DNA from: Nageia nagi
Lineage: Eukaryota; Plantae; Pinophyta
NCBI GenBank assembly: GCA_050084985.1
Contig: JBITNC010000002.1
Location: forward strand, 4,402,001-4,466,000
Reading direction: 5' to 3'
DNA: 64,000 nt
Under the pieces are notes generated by a model. It saw only the letters and a program-made list of their open reading frames with translations. It ran no database searches and was not told the origin of the DNA. Positions 39,659 through 54,030 of the stretch are shown in pieces (position 1 is the stretch's first letter; the number at the start of each line of letters is the position of its first letter). Made by a program: the position numbers and the translations under genes.

Positions 39659-41622
39659 GGAATGATAATTGTAAAAATTAATGAAGATGATAATGAGACA
39701 CTTGAATAGGAGGAAAAGGATTATTCAAATATCATATTACATAAATACCCAATTAATATCAGTAATGAAATTTCCTTTATAAATTATAGGTCACCTGAGG
39801 AGTCACATGGAGATGATGAATTCTCGAAGGAATATTTGGAACATCCTTGGTTATATGTAATTACTACAAAAACTAAAAAAAGAATTAGTAATAAATATTT
39901 AGCTTTAGTTGATATTAATATGCTAAGTGAAACTAAAAGTGGAAGGAGAAACAATAGATGTTGGTAGAAACTTCCCTAATAAACCCTCAAAGAAGGTGGT
40001 CAAATATAAAGCTACACAGTTAGATATAGCAAATGGAACTTAGAAAATTCTTGATATTAAAGGAGGTAGGCTCACTAATAAAAGTTTATAATTATTCTAT
40101 ATTGGAATATTTGAGGATGCAATAAACTTGAGAAATAATTAATTGCAAAAGATCTGATCAAAACTCATAAACATGATATTTTTATCTACCAAGAGATAAA
40201 AATAAAGGATATTAAATTGGAAGCAATTAGAAGAAGGATATGCAAAAGTTATAAAATGGAAGCTATACATGCTATAGGTGGGAAAAACAAAGCAAGAGGT
40301 ATTTATATTATGTGTAATCTAGATAAAATTTAAAGTGTAAGAATTGAGTTTTTAACCAGAAGAGGTATATCTCTATTTATCATGGATAAGGTGAATGGTT
40401 TTCAATTTGTGTTAACAAATATTTATGTTGCTAATAACTTATAAGATAGAAGAAAATTATGGAATGAGTTGTCTCAACATAGAGTTAAGTTTGAGAGGTA
40501 TAAATGGGTGGTCATGGGTGATTTTAATTCCTTGTTGAATATTAAAGAAAAACCTGGAGGTAATGAGGATTTGTCTAAGAGTATAAAAGATCTTAGAGAA
40601 TTTGTAAATCAAAATAAATTACTTGATTTTCATCTAAATGGTGACAATTTCAGATGGACTAATAGAAGGGAGGATAATGAACATATCCTTAGAAGACTAG
40701 ATAGAACATTAGTAACTTCAAAATGGAGAGAGTTTTATAAGGATGCTAACCTGAATTCTCTTCAATCAACAGGCTCAAATCATAATCCCCTACTTCTCCA
40801 ATGTAATCAAATAAAAAAAACTCCCCTTTTATATTTGAGTATATGTAGTTAGAGCATCCAAATTGTTATAATAAGATTAAGGAATGGTAAGAAATTCATA
40901 TTAAGGACACTACTATGTACAAAGTATTAAAAAATGCTAATACCTTAAACAAAAACTCAAAAATTGGAAGAAAATTATGCTCAAAGATGTGAAAATCAGG
41001 AAGATGGATCTTAAAGAGAAGTTAATGGATATTAAAAATAAAATTATTTCCAATGGTAGGTCTAAAACTATTAACAAAGAGGAAAAGAGAATTTTACATA
41101 ATAATATAATACAATTGCATAAGAAGACATTCATTAGAGACAAAAATCATGTAATGGCTTAATGAGGGAGAAACAAATACACGTTTCTTCAAACTTACAA
41201 CCCTAAAAAGAAGGAATTTCAATAAAATTTTAGCCATCAAAACTTCTGATTATAAGTTTGTGACTAAGGAAGAAGATATTAAAAAAGGAGGAATTGAATT
41301 TTATGAAATGTTGTTGGAAAATGATCAACCTACTGATGAAATTGCTATGAATAAAATTCTTGAGAATATCCCTATGATTCTTACCTAAGAAATAAGGGAT
41401 GAAATGGAGAGACCTGTTACATGGGAATAAATTAGAAGAGTAGTGTTTAGGATGAATAAAGATAAGGCTCCAGAGATAGATGGCTTTCCTTCAGGATTCT
41501 TTCATAAATGCTAGGATATTGCAATGAAAAATTTATTTATAGATATTGCTTAATTCTTAAGGGAGGATAAAATTTTAAAGACTTGGAATACTACTTTTCT
41601 CAAATTATTTCCTTGTACATAT

Positions 41623-44600
41623 TAATCCATAATCACCAGATGGTTATAGCATACTCAGATCCTCACTTACAGATTCAAACAAAAATACATTCACCATTAT
41701 GAGATCATACAAAATTGCATATAAATTTGAAAATTAAACAATGTAAATCACAACCTAGCAATCTCAAAATACACAACACGATCAACATAATGATTTACCC
41801 TGGTTCACCTAATGTGGGCTAATACAACATGGAATTGGAACCTTCTCTACTCATTATCTATGGACATTACAATATTACATGCATAGAGAAATACCATCAA
41901 CATAATGGCAATACAATCTCCTATAATTACTGCAATCTCCTATAGCAAAAAGAAATAATCTTAGAACTACAATAATTCTAGAATGAGTCTTAGTCTTCCT
42001 TCAAACTATTACAATTCTAAAATTTCAAAAATCTAAAATCCTCTCTAATAAGAATCAAGAATAAGAAATGCCATTAAACAAGCCTTCAGAACACTCTGAA
42101 ATGTTGGCCAAGGAACTTGAACTACTCAATCTCCTAAAATTTCTTTATTCCTTCAAATGCCCTTGATAACTCATCAATGTGCACACTATTAATGACCTAA
42201 AATTAACAATTTACACATTGCTAGTGGTCTAAAATTGAATGCTAAAAAACTCCATATTTTGATTTTTGATCTATCTCCAAAACATATACCTCTAGAATGA
42301 GTATTGCTCCTAAAAACATAACCTGACACATGAACCAATTCAGATCATGCCTCTCCAATGGAGAAGCATTTGGTCCCATACATGCATAAATAAGGATACA
42401 ACTCCCCAACTCTAGATCTTTCCATCCACGTGGATTTATTAGGCTTCTATCCTTTCAATCCAACTAACCACAACTCTGTCTCACCTCTTCTTGTAGCATG
42501 AACCTTCTTTTGTAATATGGAATCCTCCTTGAGTTTATCCATACTATTAGGAGATAAATCATCAAGAGATGGAAAAATATGATCTGAACCTACTTCATCT
42601 TCAATCAACATAGATAGCTCATACAATTTCAAATGCTCAACATTCACAACTGAATAGATGTTCATATATGCCAAAAGGTCCAATCTAAAAGCATTCTCAC
42701 TTACTTGCTCCAAAATATCAAATGGTCCATACCTTATAGATTTCAACTTCTTGGCTGGTCCTTGCAACCTCTCCTTACTAAGATGCAACCAAACATGGTC
42801 TCCCACATGAAACTTATGGTCAACTCTATGTTTGTTATGTCTCATCTTGTACTTGGCTTGGCTTGTCTCAAGTTGCTCTTGGATTTTCAAATGAGTTTGC
42901 CTAATCTTTTCAACAAAATTTTTAGCTTGCTTTTCCTCTTTCTCAAGTGAATCTTCTTCATCCCTTTGCTTCTCAAACACACAATCAAAAGGTGAAGGTG
43001 GTAAATAACCAAAACAAGTCTCAAAAGGACTCTTATTAATGGAAGAATGAAGTTTTTTATTGTATGCATGTTAGATATATTCAAGATCTCTATACCAAGA
43101 ATTAGGTTGCTTACCACAATAACCCCTCAAGAGTTGAACTACTACCCTATTCATCACCTTAGTTTATCCATATATTTGAGGATGAAAGGAAGTACTCCTC
43201 TTCAACCTTGTATCCATATTTTCCCATAAAAATGTCCAAAAATTACCCAAGAATCTACTATCTCTATCTGAAACAATAGAATTAGGCAATCCAAAATGAA
43301 CCTAAATATGAGAAAAGAATAAATTTGTAGCATCTTATCCTGTTATAGTCTATTTACATGGAATCAAAACACACATCTTGCCAAATCTATCCATAATAAC
43401 AAATAAATATTCATGACCCTTCTTATTCATAGGCAACCCTCCTAAAAAATCTATTGAGATACACTCCCATGGACATGAAGGTACTGGAAGTGGATGATAC
43501 TAATTTATTGTTACTGGGCTTGCTAGTGCAACATAAAGAACACCCCCTCATGTACTTGAAAACTTGATCTTGCATCTTTGGCTAATATACATACCTTTGC
43601 AAATTGTACAATGTCTTTCCAACCCCAAAATATCTTGCAATCTTTGAAGTATGTGCTTCTATAATCAGTCTATTTCTTTCACCTACAAGTACACATAATG
43701 CATTAAAATGATAAAGAATTCCATTTTGTAAATGAAATTCATCCAAACCCTCATACTTGGACCTAGATGAAGATAACTGCTCATACACTTCTTTAAAGTT
43801 TGGATCCTGCATATATGCCTCTAAAAATTACTCAAACAGAAAAGGAAGAAGTTTTAGCACTGATAGGGAACTCACTAGACTCTATTTGCATGTTGCTAAT
43901 AGCCCATAATCAGTACTACATGCTACTAATAATGTGGAATATGTAGTTATAGATGGCCTAGAAATCATGTCAACAACCTTATTATGCATTCCTTTCTTAT
44001 ATTTGATCACTATATGAAATTGTTGCATAAAACTCATCCATCTATAGTTTCTAGTTTGTTACAATTTTGATTGAGTTTGTAAATACTTTAATGGTTGATG
44101 ATCAGTATGAATGATTTTTTCTTTCTCCATTGAGTAATTTTTCCACTTTTTAATATCTTGAACCAATGCATACATTTCCTTATCATAAGTAGGATAATTC
44201 AAAATAGCCCCACTAAACTTTTTAGAATGATAGCAAATTGGTTTACCTTCTTGTAACAAAATAGCTCCCATAACATAGTCACTTGCATCAGTCTCCACTT
44301 CAAATGGCTTCTAAAAATTATGAAGTGCCAGCATAGGTGCACTAATAATCTTTTGCTTCAAAGTGTCAAAAGATGTTTGTTGTTATTTTTTTCCATTGGA
44401 AAACTTATCTCTTTCCAGTTACATTATGTAAAGGTGAAGCAATATGAGAAAAATCAACAATAAACTTTCTCAAATATTGGAAAAGACTAAAGAAATTTCT
44501 TACTTTAGTTACATTAGATAGCTTTGGCCAATCCACTATAGCACTTACTTTACTCGGACCTATCTTAAGTTGTCCATGACCAATAACAAGGCCTAAGTAC

Positions 44601-47600
44601 ACCAAAGACTCTTTTCCAAACTCACATTTTGAATGTCTCAATAACAACTTTCTCTATGCAAAGTTTGAAACACTTGTCTAAAATGTATAACATGTTATTC
44701 CCAAGTAGAACTATAAACAAGAGTATCATACAAGTATACAATAATAAAAAAATCAATAAATGAATGAAGCAATCATTCATTAATCTCATAAAAGTGGCTA
44801 GTGCATTGCACAACCAAATGGAAAAATAAGCCACTCAAATAGGCCTTATCTTGTCTTGAAATAAGTCTTCTAAATGTCCTCCTCCTTAATTCTAACTTGG
44901 TGATATCCACTCCTTAAGTCTAGTTTTGTGAAAAACTTTGCCCCTTGCAACTAATCCAAAAGATCATATATTCGAGGCAAAGGATAGTGATTTTGTTTAG
45001 TGCTCTATAGTCAATGCATATTCTCCAAGTTTGATCCTTCTTAGGAACCAAAATAACAGGTGATCCACATGGAGATGTACTTGGTCTAATCACACCTTGA
45101 TCAACCAACTCTTGAATTTGCCTCCTTATCTCCTTTTGCTCTAAAATTGATTGCTGATACAAAGCTATGTTGGGCAATGAAGCATTAGGTAACAACTAAA
45201 TATCATGATGTATATCTCAAATAGGAGGTAATCATTGTGGCTTTGCAAATAATTTAGTAAACTTCCAAACCAAATCCTGCATTTATTCCTCTCTTTTGCA
45301 TGTTGCTAATGGCCTACAATTAGTATTGCACATCGCTAATAGCGTGAGATTCACCTCACCTATGTTTTAGAAGCATTCACAAGATGTTTTACCTGATTGG
45401 AAGTGACCGAAGGTATATTTTTCCTACTTTTATGTGTACTAGCTAGAAACATCTTTTCATCTTTCACCAATTGTAATTTGTTCAATCTTCTATAATAAAT
45501 ACTATCTCTATCTGACATATAAGGGTTACCAAGAATAACACCAAAAATGTCTAAAGGAACAACATCAACCACAACTTCATCAATGAACTTTGCACAAATA
45601 GCAAATTTCAACTTACATTAGTTAGTGACTTGTAAACTAGCATTGCGATGCACCCAACCCAAAGGATATGGATTTGGATGGTTGAAAGTTTCCAATCTCA
45701 AATTACTTATCATAGTCTTTGAAATCAAATTTGCTTGAGAACCTAGATCAAAAATGTAATCTACTTTGGTTTTGTTAATTTGGATTTTGAGGTGGAATAA
45801 TTGAATCCTTTACTCTTCAATGTCTTGAGGTTCTTCAACCTTTTGAATGGCTGAACAATTTACTCTCTCATCAACATTTGAACTACACTCAATATCATCA
45901 CATCTAAGAACCATAGCATTAGTTTTCTCCTTATTCTTATGCTTATATGAATGTAATTTCAAATGTAATTTCCAAAATTTATCATTAACATTACCATCTT
46001 TATCACAATGACTATAATGTCTACTATCACCTTCTTTCTTTGAAATATTAGTAGTCTTAGTTTTTTACTTAACTTTGCCTTTATCTTGAGATTTACCTTT
46101 CTCTTATCCTCCCCTTAAATTTGAAGCCTTCTTGGATTCATCATATTATCTCCTTGCTTTACCATCCTCCTCTAAGTATTGTGCTTGCACACAGACTTGA
46201 TCAAGATTAGTAGGATTAAACAACATGATAGTCTTTTGCAAATGACTATGTAAACCTCTAATGTACTTCATCAAAATTTGAGGATTTTTTAATGAAACCC
46301 CAAGAAAAGTAGATTGTTTCCTAAATTTTGTAGTGTATTCTTGAACATTTTTTTCTCTTTGTTATCTAAATAATTGTCATTTCATCAATTATTTAATATT
46401 ATGTCTTAATAGATAGATTTTATCTGTTAACAACTCCTTAAATTCATTCCAAGAAGATATTTCTAATAAGTGTTCATGATTAAGAGTTTCTACATACCTT
46501 TCCTACCAAACTAAAGCATGTCCACTCATCTTTAATATAGAAAAAGAGATTTTATCAACATCATTTACAACACCATGAATTTAAAATAAACCTCCAATTG
46601 TTTCAACCAATTGTTCACCTTTTTCACATCAACCTCTCCTCCAAAAATAGGAATGTCCACTTTGGCCTCCAGCTTGAATGGAACTCAATTTGATGAAGAT
46701 GATGAATTAGGTCTCCCAACTACATCACGATATCTCTAATTGACATTTGTATTTGCTCTAGTAACCAAAAAATTAGCCAAATGAGCCAAATGATTCTCCA
46801 TTTTTTAAAACCTCATTTCAAAATCTACATTCATCATGGTATATATAGTAGACTATTGCTCCTTCACATTATCCATTTTAGTCGCTCTACCCCTTCTACC
46901 AATCTCAAGATCCTTTGGAATCAATTTTGGTCTTTGAGATCTCCTCCCAAAATAAAAAAACATGTTGTTGGCAACTTGAAATACCCAAAACTTTGGCCCT
47001 AAATTTGATGTACATAAGCTCTAATACCACGTGATCTATAATCATTAGATGCTTTTAGCATATGTGGATCCTCACTTACATATTCAAATGAAAATACATT
47101 CACCATTATAAGATCATACAAAATTGCATATAAATTTAAAAATTGTATAATGTAAATCATAATCTAGTAATCTCAAAACACACAACAAGATCAACACAAT
47201 GATTTACCCTAGGTCACCCAATGTGGGCTAATCCAACATAGAATTAGAGCCTTCTCTTCTCATTTTCTATGGGCATTACAATATTACATGCATAGAGAAT
47301 ACCTTCAACATAATGGTAATATAATCTCCTACAACAAAAAGAAATAATCTTAGAACTACAACAATTTTGGAATGACTCTTGGTCTTCCTTCAAACTACTA
47401 CAATTCTAAAATCCCAAAACCCTACAATCCTCTCTAACGAGAATCAAGAATAAGATACACCATTAAATAGGCCTCTAGAACACTCTGAAACATCATCCAA
47501 GGAATTGCTCAATCTCTTGAAATGCTACTATCTTCTTTAAATGCCCCTATTGACTCATTAATGTGCACATCGTTAATGGCCTAAAATCAACAATTTGCAT

Positions 47601-47732
47601 GCCACTGGTAGCCTAAAATTGAATGCCAAAAAAATTCATATTTCAATCTTCGATCTATCTCAAAGCACATATACCTCTGGAATGAGTATTGATCATGAAA
47701 AGATAACCTGACACATGATCCAATTCAAATCA
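41623..47732 (-). mobile_element. Full-length but degenerate CRM-like Ty3/Gypsy element inserted in the LINE RT domain
   Basis: LTRs 41623-42347 and 47032-47732, tRNA-iMet PBS (plus-strand GCTCTAATACCA 47018-47029), PPT beside 42348. Fragments of gag, PR, RT ([28 protein letters not shown]), RH (ETDASD) and INT (YGPF). Imperfect TSD CATAT/ACTAT. Confidence 0.95.
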
Positions 47733-50700
47733 ACTATGGACCAAATGAGTTTAAAAATTTTATACCTATTAGTTTGTGCAACTATATTTTTAAAATCATT
47801 ACTAAAATTTTGAGTAATAGGATGAGAGTATTTTCACATATGTTGATCTTGTAAGGACAAGATGGATTTGTGTAAGGGATACAAATAATTAATGGGATTA
47901 TAACAACATATGAGACTTTACATTCCATCAATGTCAAAAAAGAAGCAAGTATGTTATTAAAATTAGATATGCAAAAAGCATATGGAATGGTTACTTAAAA
48001 TGTTTTGGACAAAGTACTGGAAAAATTTGAAGTTTGTGAAAGATGAAGAAATTGGATTAATACATGCATCTCTTTAACTAAATACTCAATTTTAATCAAT
48101 GGGAAATCAACAGTTTTTTTTGGACCTCAAAGGGGGTTAGGATAGGGAGACCCAATATCTCTTTATTTGTTTATAATAATGGTTAAGGCATTAGGAAGAA
48201 TTGTTCATAAGGAAAAAAATTGCAATCAAATTAAAGGAATTAAACCTTCTACAAGAGGCCAATCTATCATTCATCACCAATTCATTGATGATACTATTTT
48301 TATTGGTAAGACATCAATGAGAGAAGCTACTACTTTTATGGAAATTCTTAAACTTTATGAATAAGCTTCCCATTAAAAAGTTAGATTTCAAAAGAAAAAA
48401 AAATCTTTTTTTCAACACACCAATCAAGATGTAAGGAAAAATTACGAACATATTTAAGTGTCAAACCAATGAGCTTCCCTCAATATACTTGGGAATGCCC
48501 CTATTCATAGGTAGGATTAACTAAATTTTATGGGATCGGATTGTAAATAAGATTAAAGCTAAGCTTACAAGGTGGAAGGAAGTGGTTCTAATTCATGTAG
48601 GAAAGATTCAATTGATTAAATTGACTTTGCAAAGTATTCATATATACAGTTCATTAGTGTTTAAAATGCCAACTTCAACCTCTAAAGCAATTTATCAAAT
48701 CTATAGATGGTTTCTTTGATCAGGAACAACTAAGAGGAATAAATGGGTTTTGGTTTTGTGGAAAAAAATTATAGACTGAAAGAGTATGGGGGATAGGTCT
48801 AAGATTGATGAAGACTATTTGTAAGGCCTTAAGAATAAAGTTAGCTTGGAAAATAAGTAATAATCTCAATACTGAATGGATAAGAATTTTTAAAAATAAG
48901 TATCTTGAACAAGATAACTTATTCATCAGAACATCACATATCCCCATAGGATCTACATTTTGGAATGGAATATTAGCTGTTAAAAGTACTTTAATTCAAA
49001 ATATGGTATGGAAAATACTAAATGGGAACAAAGTTTACTTTTGGGAGGATTCTTGGTTAAGTAAGACTTCTCTTATTTTAGATTTAGAACTTTAAAAAGG
49101 GGCTAATTAGGCTATGTAAAACCAAGGTGATAAGGTGGATCAATATGTAAAGTGGAAAAATGACAACCCTTTGTGGAGGTTTTCTAAATCCCTTGACACT
49201 GCAATTAACTTGCAACTTATTAAAATAAAAGAAGAACTAAATTGTTACAAATTTGATCTAGATATAGTGAGGATTGTATATAGAGTAAGTTTGTTACAAA
49301 GGGGAAGTTCATAATATCCAAGGTAATTGATAAACTTATCTTAAATTTAGTAAAGTTTGATATCTAGAAGGAAGTGTGGATAACTGGACTAATTCCAAAA
49401 TTTGCTTCTTCTTATGGAAAATAGAATACAATGTTATTCTTACATAGGACAAATTGCAAAGAAGAGGATTTCAGTTGGCTTATAAGTGTGTTCTTTGTAA
49501 CTTGATGGAAGGGAAAAAAAGATCACATCTTCATATAGTGTATTTTCCCTCAGAAGATATGGAAGGTTATGTTACATATTTTTAAAATTCGATTCGATGA
49601 AAATTTAAATAACATAGTGCATATATTACAATGGAAGTCATTTAGGAGAAGGAAATATCTGAATGTATTGTGGAAGATGATGGAGGCTTACATGTGGTGG
49701 ATCATTAGGAAAGTACACAATGAAATAATATTCCAAAATACCTCAAACCATTGTCAAATAATCATTAAGAATACCGTAAATGATATTATAGAAAAAAATT
49801 TAATATCCAAAGTGAAGAAGTCGAGTGAGAATAAAGAAATAAAAGGGATTATTGAATAATTACATGATGTATGCAATACGTAGTGAATTTTGAGGATCTA
49901 ATGTTTATGGCCTATTGAATTATAGTAAGAATTTAATTTAAGGAGGGGTTGATTATCTTAATAGGCTAGGGAAATAAGAAATTAAAAATAACTCAAAGGT
50001 TAAAGGTGAATTAAGTAAAAAAAGAGATAAGATTAAGGCAACAAATAAAGGTAGACCAAGTGGATCAAAGGAGTTTATAAATATGATTATTTATACAAAA
50101 ATGGGGACAAAGGATATTAATATTTTAAAAGGAAATTTCATTTCCAAAAAAGTTTGTCAGCACAGTCTCGACGTACCACTTGGAAAAATTATATTTCATA
50201 ATATTGTTAACTCATGCCAAAGTGGAATTATTCAAGTGCTATCATCGTGTGATGAGAAAGGTGGTGACGTTATGTATCATCTTCATAAGGATAACCGAAA
50301 TGATAGTAAGGACTTAAGCTGCAATTCAAGCATGCAAAGGAAATCCAACATGAGTATTGATAAAGGCGTAGTCTTGTCAACCATGCTTGAAACAAGTAAG
50401 AATCCAGTCCTAATTGAGGTGATGCAGACAAATGGAGGTTCAGATCAAGTCAAAGCACTCACTGGGATGATAATGTATACCCAAATATCAAATGGACATC
50501 AATACGGAGGAAGCCAAGGTATTCAAGTCCATAATTTTTACATGCATACTGAGCGGGGAAGGCCAACTTAATTTATTTATGCATGCAACATTCGAGTAGC
50601 AGAGTATGTTGTTTGGAGAGAGGGGAACAATAAATATAGGTGTTTAGTTGGTAATTTAAGTTCTTTAATGCATTCTGGGAGGTTCCTGTCTATTATGTAT

Positions 50701-50746
50701 TTCTAAGAAAGATCTGTGTGCTAGGCAAAAGTTACAAAAGAGAAAT

Positions 50747-51390
50747 ATGATGGGGTCGATTATCCAAATAGAGCCAACAAAGTGCATTGCTCTAAAGAAT
50801 GATACAAAATTATGGAGGATTCTATGCAAAGGAAATTTGAAGTTGTATTTGGAATCTTTTAGTGGGTTGGATGAAGCATTCTCCAAAAATATGCTTTAGA
50901 CATGGAAATATGGCTAGGTCGATATCAATGGATTCTATTTTCAGTTTTCTGAGGAGCTAATTATAAATGTGACTGGAATGGCAATAATGGCAAGTTGAAC
51001 CAGAAGGGAGATGAAGAAATGGAAAATAGAAATTGATTGCTTTGAAAGAAGATTCAGAAAGGTAACCACAATGAGTGATGGATATACTGTATCCAGTATT
51101 CCAAAGGTGTGGTCTAAATTCATTGAAGCTTTGATTAGATTTTTTTCTCTAAAAGGAAGATACACAGTTATTAGGACCTTTAATTTTTCTCTGCTAAACC
51201 ATTTTTAGTCGAAAGAAAAGGAATTATTTGTGAATTATGCTTTCTTTATATTTAACTCACTCAGTGGATCCATAGAGAAAGCTGGGAAAACCAAAAGGGG
51301 GGCCATTATTCATCAAGGGCTAATTTTTACTATGTACAAGTTTGCTTTGGCATCTCGCCCTCAAAGGAATCTCAAAGAAACTGAGTATTG
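50747..51390 (+). pseudogene. Accessory ORF downstream of the LINE, homologous to the Athila-like accessory ORF at 16875
   Basis: Single frame with four premature stops and no net frameshift: MMGSIIQIEP...FSEELIINVTGM...IPKVW...FFSLKGRY...LLNHF...IIHQGLIFTMY. It joins the predicted ORFs at 51011 and 51230. Confidence 0.75.
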
Positions 51391-52071
51391 GTATCACAAT
51401 TTGTTACTCAACATAATTAATATTTTCCTTAAATGAATTATAATCTATTTCAAATTCACATTATCTTCCTCTCAAAGCTTCCTAAACACAAGGGTTACAA
51501 CATCATGAGTAAACACCCAAACCATTATGATCAACCGAGGCAGTAACAACATAACATATACACAATCATGCCCATTTATTCTATTATTATTTTTAACACT
51601 TATGCATTTTTAAACGCTACTCTTCCCATTACATTCAAAGTTATGGTCACTTAGATATTATGAGAGTAGTTTAGATCTTTTAGGTATTTAGCATAGTATT
51701 TAGGTCTAGTTTTAATATTAAATTATAATATTTAATTTAACTTTTAGTTTTAGCCCTAAGTTTAAGACTAGGTAATAATATTAGGTTAGGTAATATCCTG
51801 GGAATTCATTATTATAAATAATACTTATTAAAATGAAATATAATTATGACATTATTTTAGTTTTCCTATGTAGGTTTTTCAATAATTCCAAATCAGCACA
51901 AATGCATCTATAAAATAAGATAATACCTTAATTAATTTTACTCATGATCAAAATTTAAACTTGTAACACTTCTTAAGTTGAAGGAAAAAGTCCATGCTAG
52001 CAATTCCTACAAAATCAAGTTCCATCAATAGTATCTAGAAAACTTTCATGCTTATCAATTGTGCTTGAAAT

Positions 52072-52093
52072 AAAAAAAAAAAAAAAAAAAAAA
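52072..52093 (+). repeat. Poly(A)22 tract
   Basis: Read directly; preceded by GAAAT. Confidence 0.9.
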
Positions 52094-52459
52094 CATTGAT
52101 ATCATATCTAACCACAACATTCATTATGAATTAAAATTATTGATACTTCAAATTATTTTTAAATAATCAAATAATAAATAAAATATGTAAAATTATCATA
52201 ATCATAGATCTCAAATAACTATCCATAATTTGACTTAGACCATATCAAATGAGAATCTAAATGTGAATATACTTGTCATTCTTATCTAAAATATGATTTT
52301 TGAATAAATAAAAATCAACTTTAGGTGTGATAGTGGGCTAGGATGAGAATGGTTGTAACAATGATGAGCAAGGTATGACAAGTTATCTCATTCCATATAC
52401 AACAAATCCCTCATAACATGTTGATGATTATGTGAATCCCCCTTAAGGAGACTCCACCT

Positions 52460-53420
52460 ATAATCTATTACAACAATGTCCCTTGCATCAATCTTGAAGA
52501 TAAACTTTCCATTGAAAAAACTATTTTTGCATACTCAAAAAACTTAGGTGGAGAAGTGTTTATGGCATGAACTTAGGATTTGAATTTGTTGCATTTCAAT
52601 CTTTTGTACTAAAATATTATTTTCTTAATTCATAAAATGGTGGATAGGGTTATCCAATACTCCAACTATAGTGAATAATAGTGATGGGTATCTATGATTC
52701 CATGGTATAATCTTGAATTTTTGTTAAATAAATTAGGGTTGTAATATGCTTCAAATAACAAGGCAATTTGGGTATCTATGATTTCAAATTTTGTATACCC
52801 ATTTAAAAATTACTCAGGTGTTTTATGTATTATTCCACATTTTGCATACCTATATAAAAATTACTGACTTATTTTATTTATTCTTTCACATTTTGCATAC
52901 CCTATAAAAATTACGCAAATATTTTATATATTCTTCCACATTGAATTCTAGGGCCTTTGTAGAAAACCCATTTTGTAACCTTTGTTGATAGAGAAAAATT
53001 AAGAGTTTCTTTGCTTTGTTCTTACAAAAGTATTAGGTAACTTATAAACCCTTCTATAAGATTTTTTGTTTGAAATGATGGAATCGGTTGACATCCATCA
53101 CAACAATGTCCCTTGCAAGATATATTGAAGATAAACGTAGTTGTAGTATGGCATTCATTAGATACTTGAAAAGGTTCATCAAAAGCATAAGAGTTGCTCT
53201 TGTTTGTTCTTACCAAAATACTAGGTTGCTTGTAAACCCTTCTATAACATTTTTTATTTAAAAAATAATGGAAAGAGGTTTAAATCATTAATAAAAATTA
53301 TAGATTTTTCCATTATGCACAAATATCCATAGGTGTTTGAATCCCTTTTTGCCTTGATTGTATAGATATCCACATGGGTGATGATAACCAAAGATCTTTT
53401 AGAAAGAGAACATCATAATG
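52460..53420 (-). repeat. PPR-derived degenerate repeat region, including three 51-bp tandem units
   Basis: Minus-strand units GGGTATGCAAAATGTGGAAGAATACATAAA (GYAKCGRIHK-like) at about 52791, 52842 and 52893. 52465-52580 is an inverted homologue of 60965-61080. Confidence 0.65.
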
Positions 53421-53864
53421 TCTAATACCCAAAGTTGACACAAAAATATGTATAGCACTTAAAATGGTTAATGAAGATTTACAACATTCAATTTTAGAAT
53501 ATTTATAATGTTCCCTTCAATTTAAAATTGAATATATGTTTAAATTCTATAAGAAGAAGGATGAGTAGCTCGATAACATAGAAGGTCAACTAATGAGAGC
53601 AAAAGAGGAAATAAAATAAGAGGCAAAGGGGAGACAAGTTTAAAGACTAGCTTAGAGACCTTTAAATCAAGTTTCATCATCTAAAAGTTGAATCACTTAT
53701 TTCAGCTAGTGAAAAACTAAAGAAGTAGTATTATATATTTCAAGAAATTAAATTCTATGTAGAATAACTTATACTTCTTTTTGTTAAATACCGTTGACAA
53801 GGTTATGTGATCTGTGCAAGATTGACAAAGAATTGATGAGTGAAGTTGCTATTTAAGAATATAA

Positions 53865-54030
53865 TATTTAGATACATTTATATGTGATTTGGATACATTT
53901 GGATATATGTACAAATTTTAGATACATTCATGTACCAATATATATCTTTGAATATTGTAGATATATTAGATATATATGTGGATGCATTGGATACCATTTT
54001 GAATGTGGGTGTATTGGTTATCAATGAATA
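53865..54030. repeat. Cluster of GATACA/GATATA motifs, MITE-subterminal-like
   Basis: About 8 decayed GGATACR-like motifs. No TIR or TSD identified. Confidence 0.3.

Larger units (their letters stand above)
34913..49860 (+). mobile_element. L1-clade LINE, near full length, degenerate, interrupted twice by LTR elements
   Basis: ORF1 has the DUF4283-like NGP*WFGKSGLVIKKW and the zinc knuckle CDSCKMIGHLFRHC. ORF2 from about 40088 has an APE endonuclease (WNI*G, MGDFN, RRLDR, GSNHNP), RT (PISLCN, GDPIS, QFIDDT) and a zf-RVT-like C-terminus. Reading frames rejoin across both insertions. Confidence 0.92.

Noticed and set aside
52072-52093. Poly(A) tract as the LINE 3' tail
   Set aside because: No convincing TSD match to the LINE 5' flank, and about 700 bp of unassigned sequence intervenes. 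Unproven, although not excluded.
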